Below are positions 51,227 through 64,000 of a stretch of DNA of 64,000 nucleotides, piece by piece; positions within the stretch are counted from its first letter, which is position 1; the number at the start of each line of letters is the position of its first letter. A model generated the notes under the pieces. That model was not told the origin of the DNA, did no database searches, and saw nothing but the letters and a program-made list of their open reading frames with translations. A program made the translations under genes and the position numbers. Source of the DNA: Proteromonas lacertae (lineage: Eukaryota); contig NGBS01000886.1 in the NCBI GenBank assembly GCA_002245135.1, positions 1 to 64,000 on the forward strand. Reading direction: 5' to 3'.

Positions 51227-51756
51227 ATGGGTAGCTGTCATAGTACTTCTTCTGCGCAACATGATGTGTTAAGTCCGACTTACAGCAGACACAATGGTAA
51301 AGATGAAGTCACTATTAATTTTGATAATTTATTTACTGAAGCTAATGATCCTAGTCCTTTGCCTGATGATCATGTCGCTGAAGAAAAGCACATTTCTACA
51401 ACAGTTGAAGATGCTGAGGATACTGATGAATCTGATATAGAAAAAGTTATGTGTTCAATATGTTATAATAAAATCGAAAAGAATACAGAGAGAATGTTAG
51501 ACTGTGGACATAAATATCACGAAACATGTATAGACACGTGGCTAAAGGAAAGTAAAACTTGTCCAATATGCAGAGAACCGTGTTTCTCAGATATTGAAGC
51601 GTATATAATAAGAACACTTACAAGTGGAAGTATTTTTATTTGTTGCTTATAATTAAATTAGGAAATGAAGATATTGATCTTCTTGAATTACTTTTAGCTC
51701 ATATTAATGAAACTTTACAAGACTTAAATGAATTAGAAAATCTCACAAATAATTAG
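51227..51756 (+). CDS. RING-H2 E3 ubiquitin ligase with a probable N-acylation motif
   Basis: N-terminal MGSCHS; CSIC...CGHKYHETCIDTWL...CPICR; one intron, then a last exon ending at TAG 51756. Confidence 0.85.
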
Positions 51757-51909
51757 ATTATTTCGTGAATATATTTTATTTATATACTTGAAATATGTTA
51801 CTTATGCTGTTTTTGAGTTGGAAATATAAGGTAATTAACATTCTGATGTAAAAACAATTACTTAAGCTTGATTCTTGTCAAACCATTTATTTTTACTTTT
51901 GCTGATTTA

Positions 51910-54019
51910 ATGTCGAAGAAAATTCTTATTGAGGATTATTTAAGTAGTTATGATAATGAAATTGCATTCAATTTCCTTTATACAGCTTTTAAAGCTCGTT
52001 ATTTTAGGTTAGAAGGTTTAATCAGTATATATACATTAAACATAAAATATGATAGAGAAACTACCGAATTTATCCCCAGAAAAGGTATTGTTAATGTTAT
52101 TACTATATTAGGTACAAAATTTCAACAATATAGTGACTACTCTTAGATCAATACCATCTATTAGTTTTTTGAAAGTATATATAAAATTATTATATGTTAT
52201 ACAGAAACATTCAGACTTGTTTCAAACTTATTGTAGTGATATTCAAACACCTATTCCAGTCTACAACTTGATATGGGGAATTATGTATTGCAATGGTTCA
52301 CAATTGAAGTTAACTCAAAAGCCTACTTCTAGTATGATTTGTTTCAGTTACAATAATCAAAATAATATTCCATCCATTCCAGCCACTTCTCATGCATATA
52401 CCTACATTACAAATGAAAATATTCCAATGTTATATGTCATATTAGCAAATGGGTTTATCGATAAGAATTATAATGATGACTTTAACTTCTGCTCCGATTT
52501 AAATGAAGCAAAAACTCAAGCAAATGCATTAGGAATATTTCATATACCAAACCAAAGTGATAATTTATTTCCTAGAATAGTATTATCATTTGACTATGGA
52601 GATGTATATATATATATATATAAAGTTATTATTATTATATTTAGTCTGCAATGTATTATTTGAAAGAAATTACTATTTTATTTTCACCATATCAAAGAGT
52701 TCCAATTGAAGCAAATCCAGATAAATGTATATATTTATAAATATATTATTATAGATAATCATTATCAGGATATTGTTAATCAAATGCAAGCAATGAATAA
52801 ACAATATAAAAATCATGAAGTTTCAACATTTGTAGGATTAAAAGAAGAGATATTGTGTATATTGATTACTGTTAAACAGTATATATATAAATATATTGAG
52901 TTATAATAGTTTTACGTTACCTAATTTATATTTAAATTTTGGTATTAAATATCATATGTGTGACAATACTTTCATGTTATTATCTTTTGGTTCAAATAAA
53001 TCTCAGCAATATAAAAGCATAGTACATCATTTCTTTACAAGTGATGATGTTGATTATAAAACATATCCGAAAGAGAATCTATACAGTCCTTCAATTGTAG
53101 TTAAAATCAATGAATATATACATCATATGAATATAATGTCTGATAAGTTTTGGCCTGAAAATGTATTGTTGCAAAATAGAGTATATATATATATATATAA
53201 TATATGATAGAATCCAATTGAAGACTTAGTTGATACTGTTTTCAAGTGTTATAAAACAGCATATTGTCTTAATTGTTACAAACAGATTCCATTAGAAAAA
53301 GGATGTGATATAGAACTATGTAGAATAGTGTATTTATTATTATTATTATTATTATATTTAGTAAAGAAACAATTGAATTCTGTTCAAATCCAAAGAATAT
53401 ACCAATAATGGATATGATGATTACATCATTTGATACATATTTTCAAAGAGAAAAACCACAAGACCCAGATATACAAATGATTCATTACTTTATTCAACAT
53501 TTACCACCATTAACTGTATATTATTATAATTATGTATTTATATAGAGTATATCTTTGGATAATTTTTACTATAATGTAAATTCAATCGATTTAATTAACT
53601 GTTTGAATTACTTAGTAATGAAGTGTAAATATGTTTTAAAATATCAAGAGATGGCATTTGTTAATTGTTCAAATGTTGTTATATTTCAAAATAAAACCCA
53701 AAGCGAAGAAGAAAAAGCTCAAGCATATGATAGTCATTTCTATTACCCAGTTAATAGTAATGAAATGTATAAATTCTTAACAGATTCAAATTATATATTT
53801 AATGGCACTTTCTATACTAAGTTTAAGAAGGCATATGCTTATTTTAATGATGCACCAAAGTTGAGTTGGAAAGGAAGTGGATTTTTACCATCATATTGTA
53901 TTGTTATTGTAAAAACAATTAAAGCTAATCCTTCTAATGAAAATATATTCCCTCAGTTCATTTTATTATGTAATGAAAAAACAGTGATGGATAATAAATT
54001 ACTTAAAACATTATATTAA
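51910..54019 (+). CDS. Multi-exon hypothetical protein
   Basis: Chain of + strand ORFs separated by GTAT..TAG introns; contains YCLNC; no family recognised. Confidence 0.6.
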
Positions 54020-54099
54020 TTTCTTTATTTTTTATTTCCAAAAGATTAAAAACATTTTCAAAATCATAAAATAATTAAATACATCACATAAAACAAATA

Positions 54100-55220
54100 T
54101 TAAATAATACTTCTATGACTTGGTGGTCTTGAATGCGAGTTTCTATGAGATGTGGGTGGATGAGGAGTTAAACTTCTATCCTCTTTAGATAATAAATCAA
54201 AATTATCATCTTCATCATTTGAAACTGAAGATTTATTTTGCTTTTTCTTCCTAGCAAATAATATTGGTGGATTTTCATTCTCTTTTGTAATATCTGGTGA
54301 ATAAACACAAGACCCTGGTCCTTCTTTTGGTGGAAATGGATCTCTTTTAGCTGTTGAAATCATCACAGAAGATGGCACAATTGGAGAAGATGGTTCACGA
54401 GGTGAATACTATTATTTAGATATATATAAACATGAATATTTATATACATATCCAACACCTGGTGTTTTTTTACATTTGTCTTGATATTCATAGAATTCAT
54501 CTCTTGTTTGACCACTTCCAAATGGATATAAACTGTCAGTGTAACTTCCTTCATATTGTTTAATCAATGGAGGACTATAATTAATTATATAAAAACAAAT
54601 ATGTAAATACGCATATGTTGTTGGATCTGGAGTTTCTTCTGCATCTTTTGGAACTCCAGGAAACTTATCAGGTCTTGGCATTAATGATAATTTATAACTC
54701 TTTATTGATGGTAAAACACTATTGAAATATACATAATTATTGATGTATACTAATTAATATTTGGTTCTTCTTCTTGAACACCTGTTGGACCACTTGTTAT
54801 TAGACTATTTGGTCTTCCTTCATCTAAAATTGGACTAACAAATATTGCTGATGGAACTAGAAACTATATAAACATACTAATATACTTGAAAATGGATTAT
54901 GTTTCCTTTCAACAATATCATAATATCCTGGACCTATATCTCCAGTTGGTGATGCTAAATAAGAATTATAGATAATCGAAATAAATACGACTTGTTTGAA
55001 ATCTCTTTTGCTTAGTACCAAAATATATTCCAGCATCCTGTGTTAAATTCTATTAAATAATAATAACTAATATAATCAAATACTTTATTATTTGTTCTAT
55101 ATAAATCAGCAGCAGCAGGTCCAATAATATCTTTCAACGACATATCTCTATAAAATATTATAATAATTCTATCAAATACTTCTTTAATTCACCTGGTTTT
55201 AATCCAACAGTTGGACTTAG
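54100..55220 (-). CDS. SHIPPO/ODF3-like PGP-repeat region, probably the C-terminus of the IPT gene
   Basis: Exons encode GPAAADLY, DIGPGYYD, TPDPTTY, TPGVGY and GPGSCVYSP, alternating with short F/R-containing motifs (FGTK, FGSG.TR, ISTAKR). Confidence 0.65.
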
Positions 55221-55224
55221 ATTT

Positions 55225-58200
55225 CTATTGGCTGATTGCCTCTTTGGTCCTTCTATTCCATTTCTTCCACAACTTTATATAACAAGGAGCACACCATTCT
55301 TCCAAGTTTATGGATATTGACAATTGAACTATTGGAATATCTGGCAAACTTGGCATTCTAAATCATGATAAAATAATATTACTACAATATACATAAATTG
55401 TAACATTCCATCATTCATTAATATAGCTTTAGTGTATTTCTCTACATGATCTTCTTCTCTACAAGATAATAATCTAACATAATATATTTCCCCTTTCAAG
55501 AAATTTTCACCATATATTCTTATTTTCTCTCCTCCTCCACTGTAACATATATCTGGATCTATACTATTCATTACGATTGGTTCAAGATGGTAGAAAAATG
55601 GTCTAACAAATATATAAATATTTACGTTTATACATTTTACCAACAAATGCTTTTTTATTATGTAAAGATACAGCAACATTTACATGAAACAATCCATTAG
55701 GAGTAAAATTATAATATTCAGATGGAGTATTCTAATATAATTACAAATATTCATTAATATACTCTAATAACATCCATTATATTTGGCACTTTACACTCCA
55801 TACAGTTTGGACTAATCAAATATGCTGGTACAATAGCTCTACTAGATGAATATCTTGGCATTATAAAAGCAACAGAGCAATCTCCAGTTTCTATGAATCT
55901 ATCACCATATATCTTCAGTGTAAAACCTCCTTTCTATAAATAAACATATAAATAATGTATTTATACTTTACTTGATCGATTTGGTACTATTTGTCTAACA
56001 CAAGGTGGACGAACTACAGTTGTTTTACCACAATATAAATATTGTTGACCATTTAAAGCTAAATATATCTTACAAACAGTTCCTGTGTTGATTTCTCTTG
56101 GAATTCTACATACGATTCTTTTTTCATCAATACATCTACCCATTACTTGATAATATACACTATTCTCTTCATTATCAACAGTAAAATACGGATTTGTATT
56201 GATTTTAGGATCTGTTGGATCTTTATGACTTGGTTTGGGGTTAACAATTGAATTAATAACTCTCAATAATTGTGGATCATTACACATCTCTTTGGCTTTT
56301 TCCAGCGTTGATTTATTCTCATTACAATTACTTCTCTCTGAGTCTTGTTCTTTTCTACAATAGGGAAGAGGTGTTGGAATAGTTTGTGGAGTTGATGGAT
56401 CTTCAATTATTCCATCATTTAAGAACACAATATCTGTACTAACATAACTGCTCTCTTCTATTCCTTCTAAACTTGTAGACAGATAGTTAGGTAAGAATTG
56501 CTCAGTATATTCAATAAAATCATTCCATTTGTAATTAGTATCTGTAAAATCTACTGATGGTTGATAAGAGTATGTATTTAATTCAACTGTTGAACTATCT
56601 TTATAATTTACTTCATCATCATTTCCCAATAATAAATGATTATGACTTTTATCATCATTAATATTACTATGTTGTTGTTGTTGCTGCTGATGTTGTATTT
56701 CTCCTTTATCTATTATTTTATCATCAATATCATCTAAATTTTCTATTTTTGGTAATTGGAACATTGATCCAGGATGATATAATTTAGGAGAATGAATTGG
56801 TGAAAGATTTGGTTGAAGCATTCTGGGAGTTAACTGTATTGAATCTGAATTACTTCTACTTATTGAATTGATAGGTAAACATGGAATAATAAATGATTTT
56901 CTGTTCATTTTACTAAGTCTACTACGAGGTGTTGATAAATTAGAATGATTTATACTTTTATGTATTGGTGAAGTATATGGATTAAAATTAGCTAATTCAT
57001 CACTCTCATCTTCTATATTGATTTTCAAGTGGTTTGTATTTGGCTTTGATTGAGTCTGTATTTCTGTATAAATATTCTTTTCATTTTCTTGTATTTCATG
57101 TCGAAGTGGTGATGGATATTTTGCTGATGTTGGAGACAGAGGTTGAAATGATTGTGCAATTGATTGTATGTTTTGTTTCATTATATCTTCATTTTGATTT
57201 TGATTTTCATTGATTTCATTATTCTTATCATCATCTACCACTTTTGATATATCAATATTGTTTGGATTATCAAATGTAAAGACAGTTGATGAATCTGTAT
57301 TAACATTATTATCTGCATTTTGATTATTATCATTATTAAAATGAATGATTGATTCTGATGATTGATTATTCACATTATCAGGATCAATTGGATCATGTAT
57401 TAATTCAAGTGCATTGTTTAAATAATCATAAATATTGGTATGAGGTAAAGCAATTGCTAATCCTCTTGGTTTTCTAATAGTTATTGTTCTTCTATTCTCA
57501 GTTTCATTTTCTTGATTTTCATTATTATTGTTATTTGCATCTTTAAATATACTATTACTATCACTACCATCATTATTAATATCACTTTCTATCAAATCAG
57601 GAATAAAGAATGGTCCATCATTTGGACATACAATAAATCGAATTGTAATATTATTAGTTTCACTGAAATTAGTACCATATATAAATATCTCTGGAGAATA
57701 AAAACCTTCTCTATGATCTACACCACTAACTGTTTCATTTGAATAAACTGTAAATGTGTAAGTAGGAATCCACAACTCTTTATTAAATGATATTCTCATC
57801 ACTTGTTCTGCTTTAGTAGTTGGCTTGTAGGCTTTTGTTGTAACGAATGAGATTTCACTGTATTTTCCATAATTATCAGTACTAGCAGCTCTTGGTAATG
57901 AAATTATATTGGATTTATTACTACCTATTTGGATATACAAATGAGATGAACATATCTATAATAATAACAATATAAAAGAGATACAGCTAGATTTGTTCCT
58001 GTAATAACAACATTTGTTCCGCCTCTTTCAGGACTACACGTTGGTTTAATCGATATTATCTTAGGTGAAGTATAAAACTCATGTAAAATAGGTAATTCAT
58101 AATAATTAGGAGTTCCACTTGCCATTGAAACAATACAATCATCATCACAGGGAAATGAAGGTAAAATACATTCAACTACATCATTTCTTAATTGTGCACT

Positions 58201-60073
58201 TTGTGAAACCACTTGTTTTGATCTTATACCAGTAAACTGTAGTAGTATTGCATCTGATTCAGTTAAACCTTTTGCTATATTGAATAATTTGAGTAATGAG
58301 CCACCTTCTTTTGGACTACATCTTATATTGGCTCTTTGTAATTCACTACTATTGCCATATTTAAATTCAAATTTATATTTTAACCATTTATCTCTATCAA
58401 TACTATACATTATATTTACATTCTCAGATCTTGGCCACTGTGGTACTGTACAAATAACTGGATATTTTGGAGCTATTCTTACAGCTTTATTTAACTCAGT
58501 TTCACTATAGTAATAATAATCATTATTATTATATTAATAAATAAATATATATATACATGTTGGAATAATATGTTTCAAAGGCAGCAGTATTTAAACGAGG
58601 TATTACATTTCTAAAATTCTTCCTATTTAATTATATTTATAATATTATATATAAACATACTTTGCATCTTTTACTATCTTAGGAATACTCAATTGTGGAT
58701 CAACATTACCTACCACCACATCTTTAATCATTGATCCATTACTAAATCGAATATTAAAACCATATCCAGCATCTAACATTGCACTGCCTCTTATTAATAT
58801 ATCATAATCACCACTAATATCACCACCACATGGTAATATCATCTTCAGATTAGGTTCTGGATAGATTAATATTACTTGACCTTCATCTGTCCAATATTTA
58901 CCATTATCTAATGATAATGTCACTGCATATATTACACTATTCAAAGATGGGATTGATACTTTTATTTCGGTTGGTGATATAAATGTTCCAGGTAAATCTG
59001 TGGATGTTGTATCAGTTAAACGATAGAATTTTACAATGATCGAGCCTGTATTTGCGAAATATTGTCCTTTAATAGTCACTTCTGTTGGATGTCCTCTTAG
59101 TATAGACACTGGTTCAATTGATAATAGTTTTGGTTTTCTAAATGCATTTAACATAATTGGTCTTTTAGTATAAAACAAATTATCTACACTCAAATACAAT
59201 GGAAAAGAATTAAACCCTTCTTCATTCATCTCTTCATTATTAAAATGCAAAATTGGTGTTTTAAATTGAATCATATTGTCTTTACACTTTGCAGTAATCT
59301 TTCTATAGGATAAAGCAGATTGAGTATTTTTATCCACTTGTATTTTTATATAAACATCTCTTGCGATTGTCAAATTGTGTGTATAAAGTATCATATCTAC
59401 TTCAGAGTCAATAGAGAATATAGATGGTTCTATTTTATCTATACTATAGAGATTTAATGTAAATTCTTTATTTTCTTTTGTAAAATTAACTCCATCATTA
59501 CTAATTTGAATATAAACAATTCCTTCCTTTAATTCATTTGGTAATATACAAGTAACTTTATTATCGTCTATTCTATTAGGTCTAATATCTATATTGTTCT
59601 TTTTTTCATCAATGAATCTTACTATATATGAATTTGCTATATCAGCATCTTTCATTAACAATTCTACTTCACTCTAATAATTTATATATAATAAACATAT
59701 TTACATACATTATCTGAAATTCTTAATATTCTTGGTGATATTGAAGTAATAATTGGCAGAGTAGAATAAATAAATCTAATTGTGTCTAATGAAGCTAATA
59801 AAGCCAAATATTATACTAGAATAATTCTCTTTGTCCGGTGATATGGATATATCACATATATCACACTCTGTTGAATTAGGACATTTTACTACAACAGAAT
59901 CAACATTCACAACAAGTCGAAGGTAGCATTGTGTCAATATTCTGCTTTCTGAAATGAAATTTAATATAAAAATTACGATTGTGATTTAAATTATCAGCAA
60001 ATATAGTTATTATATTAGGTTTATTAACAACACATCCTCCTGGAGAAACACTTGTGATTATTGGATCATCCAT
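55225..60073 (-). CDS. IPT/TIG-repeat protein with a long low-complexity insert
   Basis: Repeated P.I.SI.P..G...GG..V.I.G.NF units (PKIISIKPTCSPERGGTNVVITGTNL; PKLLSIEPVS...EVTIKGQYF); many short introns. Start assigned to MDDPIITSVSP. Confidence 0.8.
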
Positions 60074-60503
60074 ATTTGTTTCATATAACTAGAAAGAACA
60101 AAAATAACAGTTTCAAAAGAATAACCTGATCTGCATTTGTCGCAAAATAGAAGTGAATTTTTAATGAAATATCAACAATGACAATAGATATGCTATTATA
60201 GTCATAATAAAACATGATTGTATAGTCGAATGAAATTCATTATCGTAGTGGATCATTTAAATTTATAAAGTAAAAAAAATATCGAAATAAAATGATCTTG
60301 TATTGTAATTCATGCTATTTGTTATGATGTATAGAATATTTTATTCAAATAATTGTATATTTTTAACAGAAAAATAATAATCATGACAAACATATTAAAT
60401 AGTGATTAATAAAAGCTCATTCCATTTCATTTATTTATCATACTTCTTGAATTTATTGAATTTCTTTTCATGTTTGCATACTTTTTCATGTCTAAACAAA
60501 TCA

Positions 60504-61483
60504 TTAAAAGAAGCAAACATCTTTTGTTTTACATATTTTACACTTAAATCTAGGTGATCTATTCATATCAAATTCATTTAATGAATAAATAACATCATAT
60601 AAGCAAGTCCTTACAACAACAAACTTGTTCATAAAATATCTAGGAATTTGAACATCTTTAAATTGCCTTACAAATATTTGAAATTTTGATAATATAGGAA
60701 AGGGATGAAATGATTTATATTTCATAAACCAAATACAAAAATCATTAATATTCAAGCACTTTTTTTCTATATCTAACATAGTATCAGGTGTTGATATAAT
60801 ATCACTTTTACTTATTTGTAAATCTAAAATATCAACAGCAAAATCTGCTACATTTTCTATCATTATAATTGATTGATTTTCAGACAGACAGTGAAAAAAT
60901 ATGTATAATATATGTAGTATTGTTTTGATTGGAGTCTAAATACAAATGATTATATATAGTGTTATAATATACAACTGCATTTTTTATAGCTTCTGCCAAC
61001 ATTCTTAATTCATTGACTATTATTCCATTATGCCTACTATTTAACTCACTATTACTTGCAGAATAGCTATATTTTGACATGTATTTCTGCATTATATCCC
61101 TAATGATTACATTTCTATCATCTTGTCGATTAATTTCTTCACTAAAGTACTTTCTTTGGACTAGAAATCGTCTTACTATTGATTGAATTGTGGTTGCGCA
61201 GTATACTTTAGACGACTATTACAGGTACAAAAGTATATCATACAAAAGAATTTCTACTGGCAGTAGAATGATTTATTAAACAGTTACACAAACTGACACG
61301 AGAAGTTAAAAATTCGTATCCTTCACTACCACTTGCACGTTTTCTATTCCAACTATGCGATAATGACGATGATTGAGAAGAGTTGATCTTTATCGTATGA
61401 ATCATTCTATAATTCGATTTGCTAAACATGAAAGAAAGTGTAGTAGCTTCATTGATGTTGGTTTTTTCAGAAAAACTCTTCAT
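60504..61483 (-). CDS. IQ-motif-containing hypothetical protein
   Basis: The exon near 61150-61210 encodes CATTIQSIVRRFLVQRKY; introns join ORFs 61238, 60880 and 60504. Confidence 0.6.
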
Positions 61484-61655
61484 AACAATGATTTGAAATA
61501 ATTACGATTAATTTGTGAAATATATTCGTTATTTTATTGAAACGAGTTAATTTTTTATAAATAAAAATATAAATCAATTTTATGAAGCTATTACTTGCTA
61601 TATCTATTATTGAATAATACGAGTAATTGAACATAGGTAGATGTTAATGGAATTG

Positions 61656-61781
61656 TTCATAGGAATTTAGTAGAGTTTTGTAGAAGAATATACAATGACT
61701 TGTTTATTTTCGTAATATATAAATGCATTAATCCCAATGTAGTCATTGTATATTCTCAATAACCATTAAAATATCTATGAA
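61656..61781. repeat. Intergenic inverted repeat/hairpin with a 16-bp perfect core
   Basis: AGAATATACAATGACT (61685-61700) pairs with AGTCATTGTATATTCT (61741-61756); outer arms TTCATAG and CTATGAA also pair. Confidence 0.8.
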
Positions 61782-61955
61782 ATGAATTTATTCACCAAAT
61801 TATTTTTAATATTTCGATCTATGACATTTTCATCAGCATCCAATATGTTTTAAATCTAAATAAGTTGTTTTCAACTGTATGACTTCCTTCAATATTGAGT
61901 TTATAATGATTTTTTAAATATTGAAACGGATTAAATTAAAACGAATATAATTCTA

Positions 61956-63215
61956 ATGAATTTATTTTTACTGTTATTCATTGTTTTCAGTTTTTTTGCT
62001 TTATTCTTAATAATTAGTTATGGCTATAAATTATCAGCACATGGTGTGGATAATGAGAATGAGAATATTGAAAGTAATATAACAAATCTATACTCAGTGT
62101 ATATTGGGCAAGGAACATATGTTGCATCGGTTTTTTATGATCCAAGGATATCGAAAATAGTGATTAATACTCCAAGATTACAACCAAATGTTCCAAATAT
62201 TCCTTGTATGTTAATATATTCTACAGGATATACTCAAAATTGTGTAGTTTATGAAGAAAATAATACTGACATTTATATAACAGAAAGATTTCTTTTAATC
62301 AACATAACTTCAGACATCCCATCATATGTTCAATTAAATAATCATAACTTTACAATATATCCTTACTACAAGCAGAAAGTGAAATATAAACTTACAGTTT
62401 GCATTTGTAAAATGGTAAATTTTACAGCTGTAAATAGATTAATTCAAACCATTGAAGCATATATTCTATTTGGTGTTGACCATTTTACATTATACAAATC
62501 ATCATGTTCTGAAGATGTAGAAAAAGTATTAAAATATTATGAAAATAAGAAAATAATAGAAGTTATAACTTGGGATAATAATTCAGATATTTCATTATTT
62601 AAAGATTCAATTTATGGACAAATCTACAAATTATATGATTGTACTTATAGACACCAATATGATAGTGAAAATTTAGTGATTACTGATTTGGATGAGATTA
62701 TATGGCCAATGAAAGGAAATACAATTAATGAAATGATGAAATATATAAGTGGTAGTGAAGAATTTGATGTTTTCTATCTTAGGCAAAGATTCTATCATCA
62801 AGAATGGTTAGAAATGTTTGATCGATTTGTTCATAATATATCTGATACAGATCAATTCTTTTATCAAGAATACTGTGAATATAGATCTGGTCATTTACAG
62901 AAACAAATTTATAATCCAAGAAGAATTATTTATCCTTCATTACATTATATAAAAATGGGAGTGAAAGGTATGAAAGCCAAGTATGTTGTGTTGGAAGATG
63001 GTTATACAAGACATACTAGGAGAATTAGAAAGAGCCATCTATATGGTTGTGAAAGTAAATGGATTATTTCTCAACATGATCCAAGAGAAACTGTAATTCA
63101 ACAAAAAGTGACAGAAGTGGAAAATAAATTGAATATACATCCAATTCTTAACACTCAAAGAATAATTTTTGGGAATAATCCAAAATATTTATATTCAGAG
63201 AAAAATTCTTTATAA
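61956..63215 (+). CDS. Glycosyltransferase family 92 (DUF23), type II membrane, intronless
   Basis: N-terminal TM; LTVC, YILFGVDHFTLY, QIYKLYDCTYR, DxD motif in DLDEII. Confidence 0.85.
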   Translation: MNLFLLLFIVFSFFALFLIISYGYKLSAHGVDNENENIESNITNLYSVYIGQGTYVASVFYDPRISKIVINTPRLQPNVPNIPCMLIYSTGYTQNCVVYEENNTDIYITERFLLINITSDIPSYVQLNNHNFTIYPYYKQKVKYKLTVCICKMVNFTAVNRLIQTIEAYILFGVDHFTLYKSSCSEDVEKVLKYYENKKIIEVITWDNNSDISLFKDSIYGQIYKLYDCTYRHQYDSENLVITDLDEIIWPMKGNTINEMMKYISGSEEFDVFYLRQRFYHQEWLEMFDRFVHNISDTDQFFYQEYCEYRSGHLQKQIYNPRRIIYPSLHYIKMGVKGMKAKYVVLEDGYTRHTRRIRKSHLYGCESKWIISQHDPRETVIQQKVTEVENKLNIHPILNTQRIIFGNNPKYLYSEKNSL

Positions 63216-63351
63216 ATTTAAGACATATCATTTGTATACATCTAGTTAGATTTAGTTAAGCTGTGTTAATTGATATATTTGTATTTTTTGAAACTGTTCG
63301 GTTCAGAAAAATCGGTTTTCTGTATATCATTTCTTTTTTTTCAAACGAAGA

Positions 63352-64000
63352 ATGTCTGATTCAAAGAACAAAATTTATATTGGCAATTTACCGAGTGATG
63401 TTAGTAAAGATGATATAGACAATTTATTTGAAAAAGTATTTTTGTTTACGTGTAATTTTGAATATAGTATGGAAGAATACAAAATATAGATATAAGACAA
63501 TCCTCTAGTGGATCAGCATATTGTTTTATTACATATGAACACTCAGATGATGCTGAAGAAGCAATAGATCGAAGAGATGGTTATAACTACGATGGTCACA
63601 GATTAAAGGTCGAAAAAATAAATGAAAGACGTACTTTTGATCGTGATGCATACACTTCAGCAGGTGATAGACGTTTTAATAAAGGAACTGTTCATCCAAC
63701 AAAGACTAGATATCGTGTAAAAGTAGAAAATTTACCTCCACACACTAGTTGGCAAGATTTGAAGGATTTCATGAGAAAAACTGGTGATGTTGGATTTTGT
63801 AATGTAACTCGTGATGTAGGTATTGTAGATTATTTAGATGAAGACGGAATGATGAGAGCCATTGATGAATTACATGATACTAAGTTTAGAGATAAAACAA
63901 GAATCAGAATCCAAAGAGAAACTGTTAATTCTGATGATGAATTAGGAGTGATAAGAATTCCAAAAAGACGAAGGTATAGAAGTGATTCAAGAAGTCGTAG
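63352..64000 (+). CDS. SR splicing factor of the SRSF1/ASF family (RRM plus pseudo-RRM); runs off the window end
   Basis: KIYIGNLP, intron 63436-63467, DGYNYDGHRLKVE, SWQDLKDFMR signature, start of an RS tail. Confidence 0.9.

Noticed and set aside
34975..53210. (TA)n runs (e.g. ~34984, ~45624, ~47004, ~52605, ~53182)
   Set aside because: These are simple microsatellites inside short introns, with no evidence of function.
4674..58510. Many short antisense or overlapping ORFs in the track (e.g. 4674-4904, 14251-14574, 24262-24489, 36695-37117)
   Set aside because: They are shadows of real genes or of low-complexity codon repeats, with no domain signal.
9339..63215. Stop codons completed by polyadenylation (Blastocystis TGTTTGTT system)
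   Set aside because: Every gene end I could trace has a genomic stop, and I saw no exact, correctly placed motif. Transcript data would be needed.
1..64000. Alternative genetic code, CRISPR array, rRNA or tRNA genes
   Set aside because: ORFs over 2000 codons are open under the standard code, and all three stops terminate genes. I saw no repeat-spacer array and no recognisable rRNA or tRNA sequence.

Overview
Very AT-rich, gene-dense eukaryotic nuclear DNA with the standard genetic code. I count about 25 protein genes, many interrupted by tiny (about 22-50 nt) GT-AG introns with a dominant GTAT donor. Tiny introns, minor-spliceosome introns and a giant Ig/PA14 surface protein point to a Blastocystis-like gut stramenopile; this is an inference. 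No rRNA, tRNA, CRISPR array or intact transposon was seen. Highlights: (1) a class C GPCR whose ectodomain is a chain of at least 7 bacterial UrtA/AmiC-like (urea/amide-binding) Venus-flytrap domains, truncated by the window start; (2) two U12-type introns (AT-AC and AT-AA) in DDX54 that share an identical 14-nt branch region; (3) a recurring core-promoter-like motif, AAACGNNTATATTTT, just upstream of many start codons; (4) unusual fusions: PERK-like kinase plus ACT-like domain, GH20 hexosaminidase plus degenerate EEP domain, PH-CAMK-PH-WD40, and IPT/TIG repeats plus SHIPPO-like repeats; (5) a head-to-head paralog pair of novel type I membrane proteins with starts 35 bp apart; (6) an isolated intergenic hairpin. 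Several apparent single-base frameshifts and a 48-nt poly(T) run look like assembly indel errors. Gene models and domain calls were made by eye and are not database-verified.
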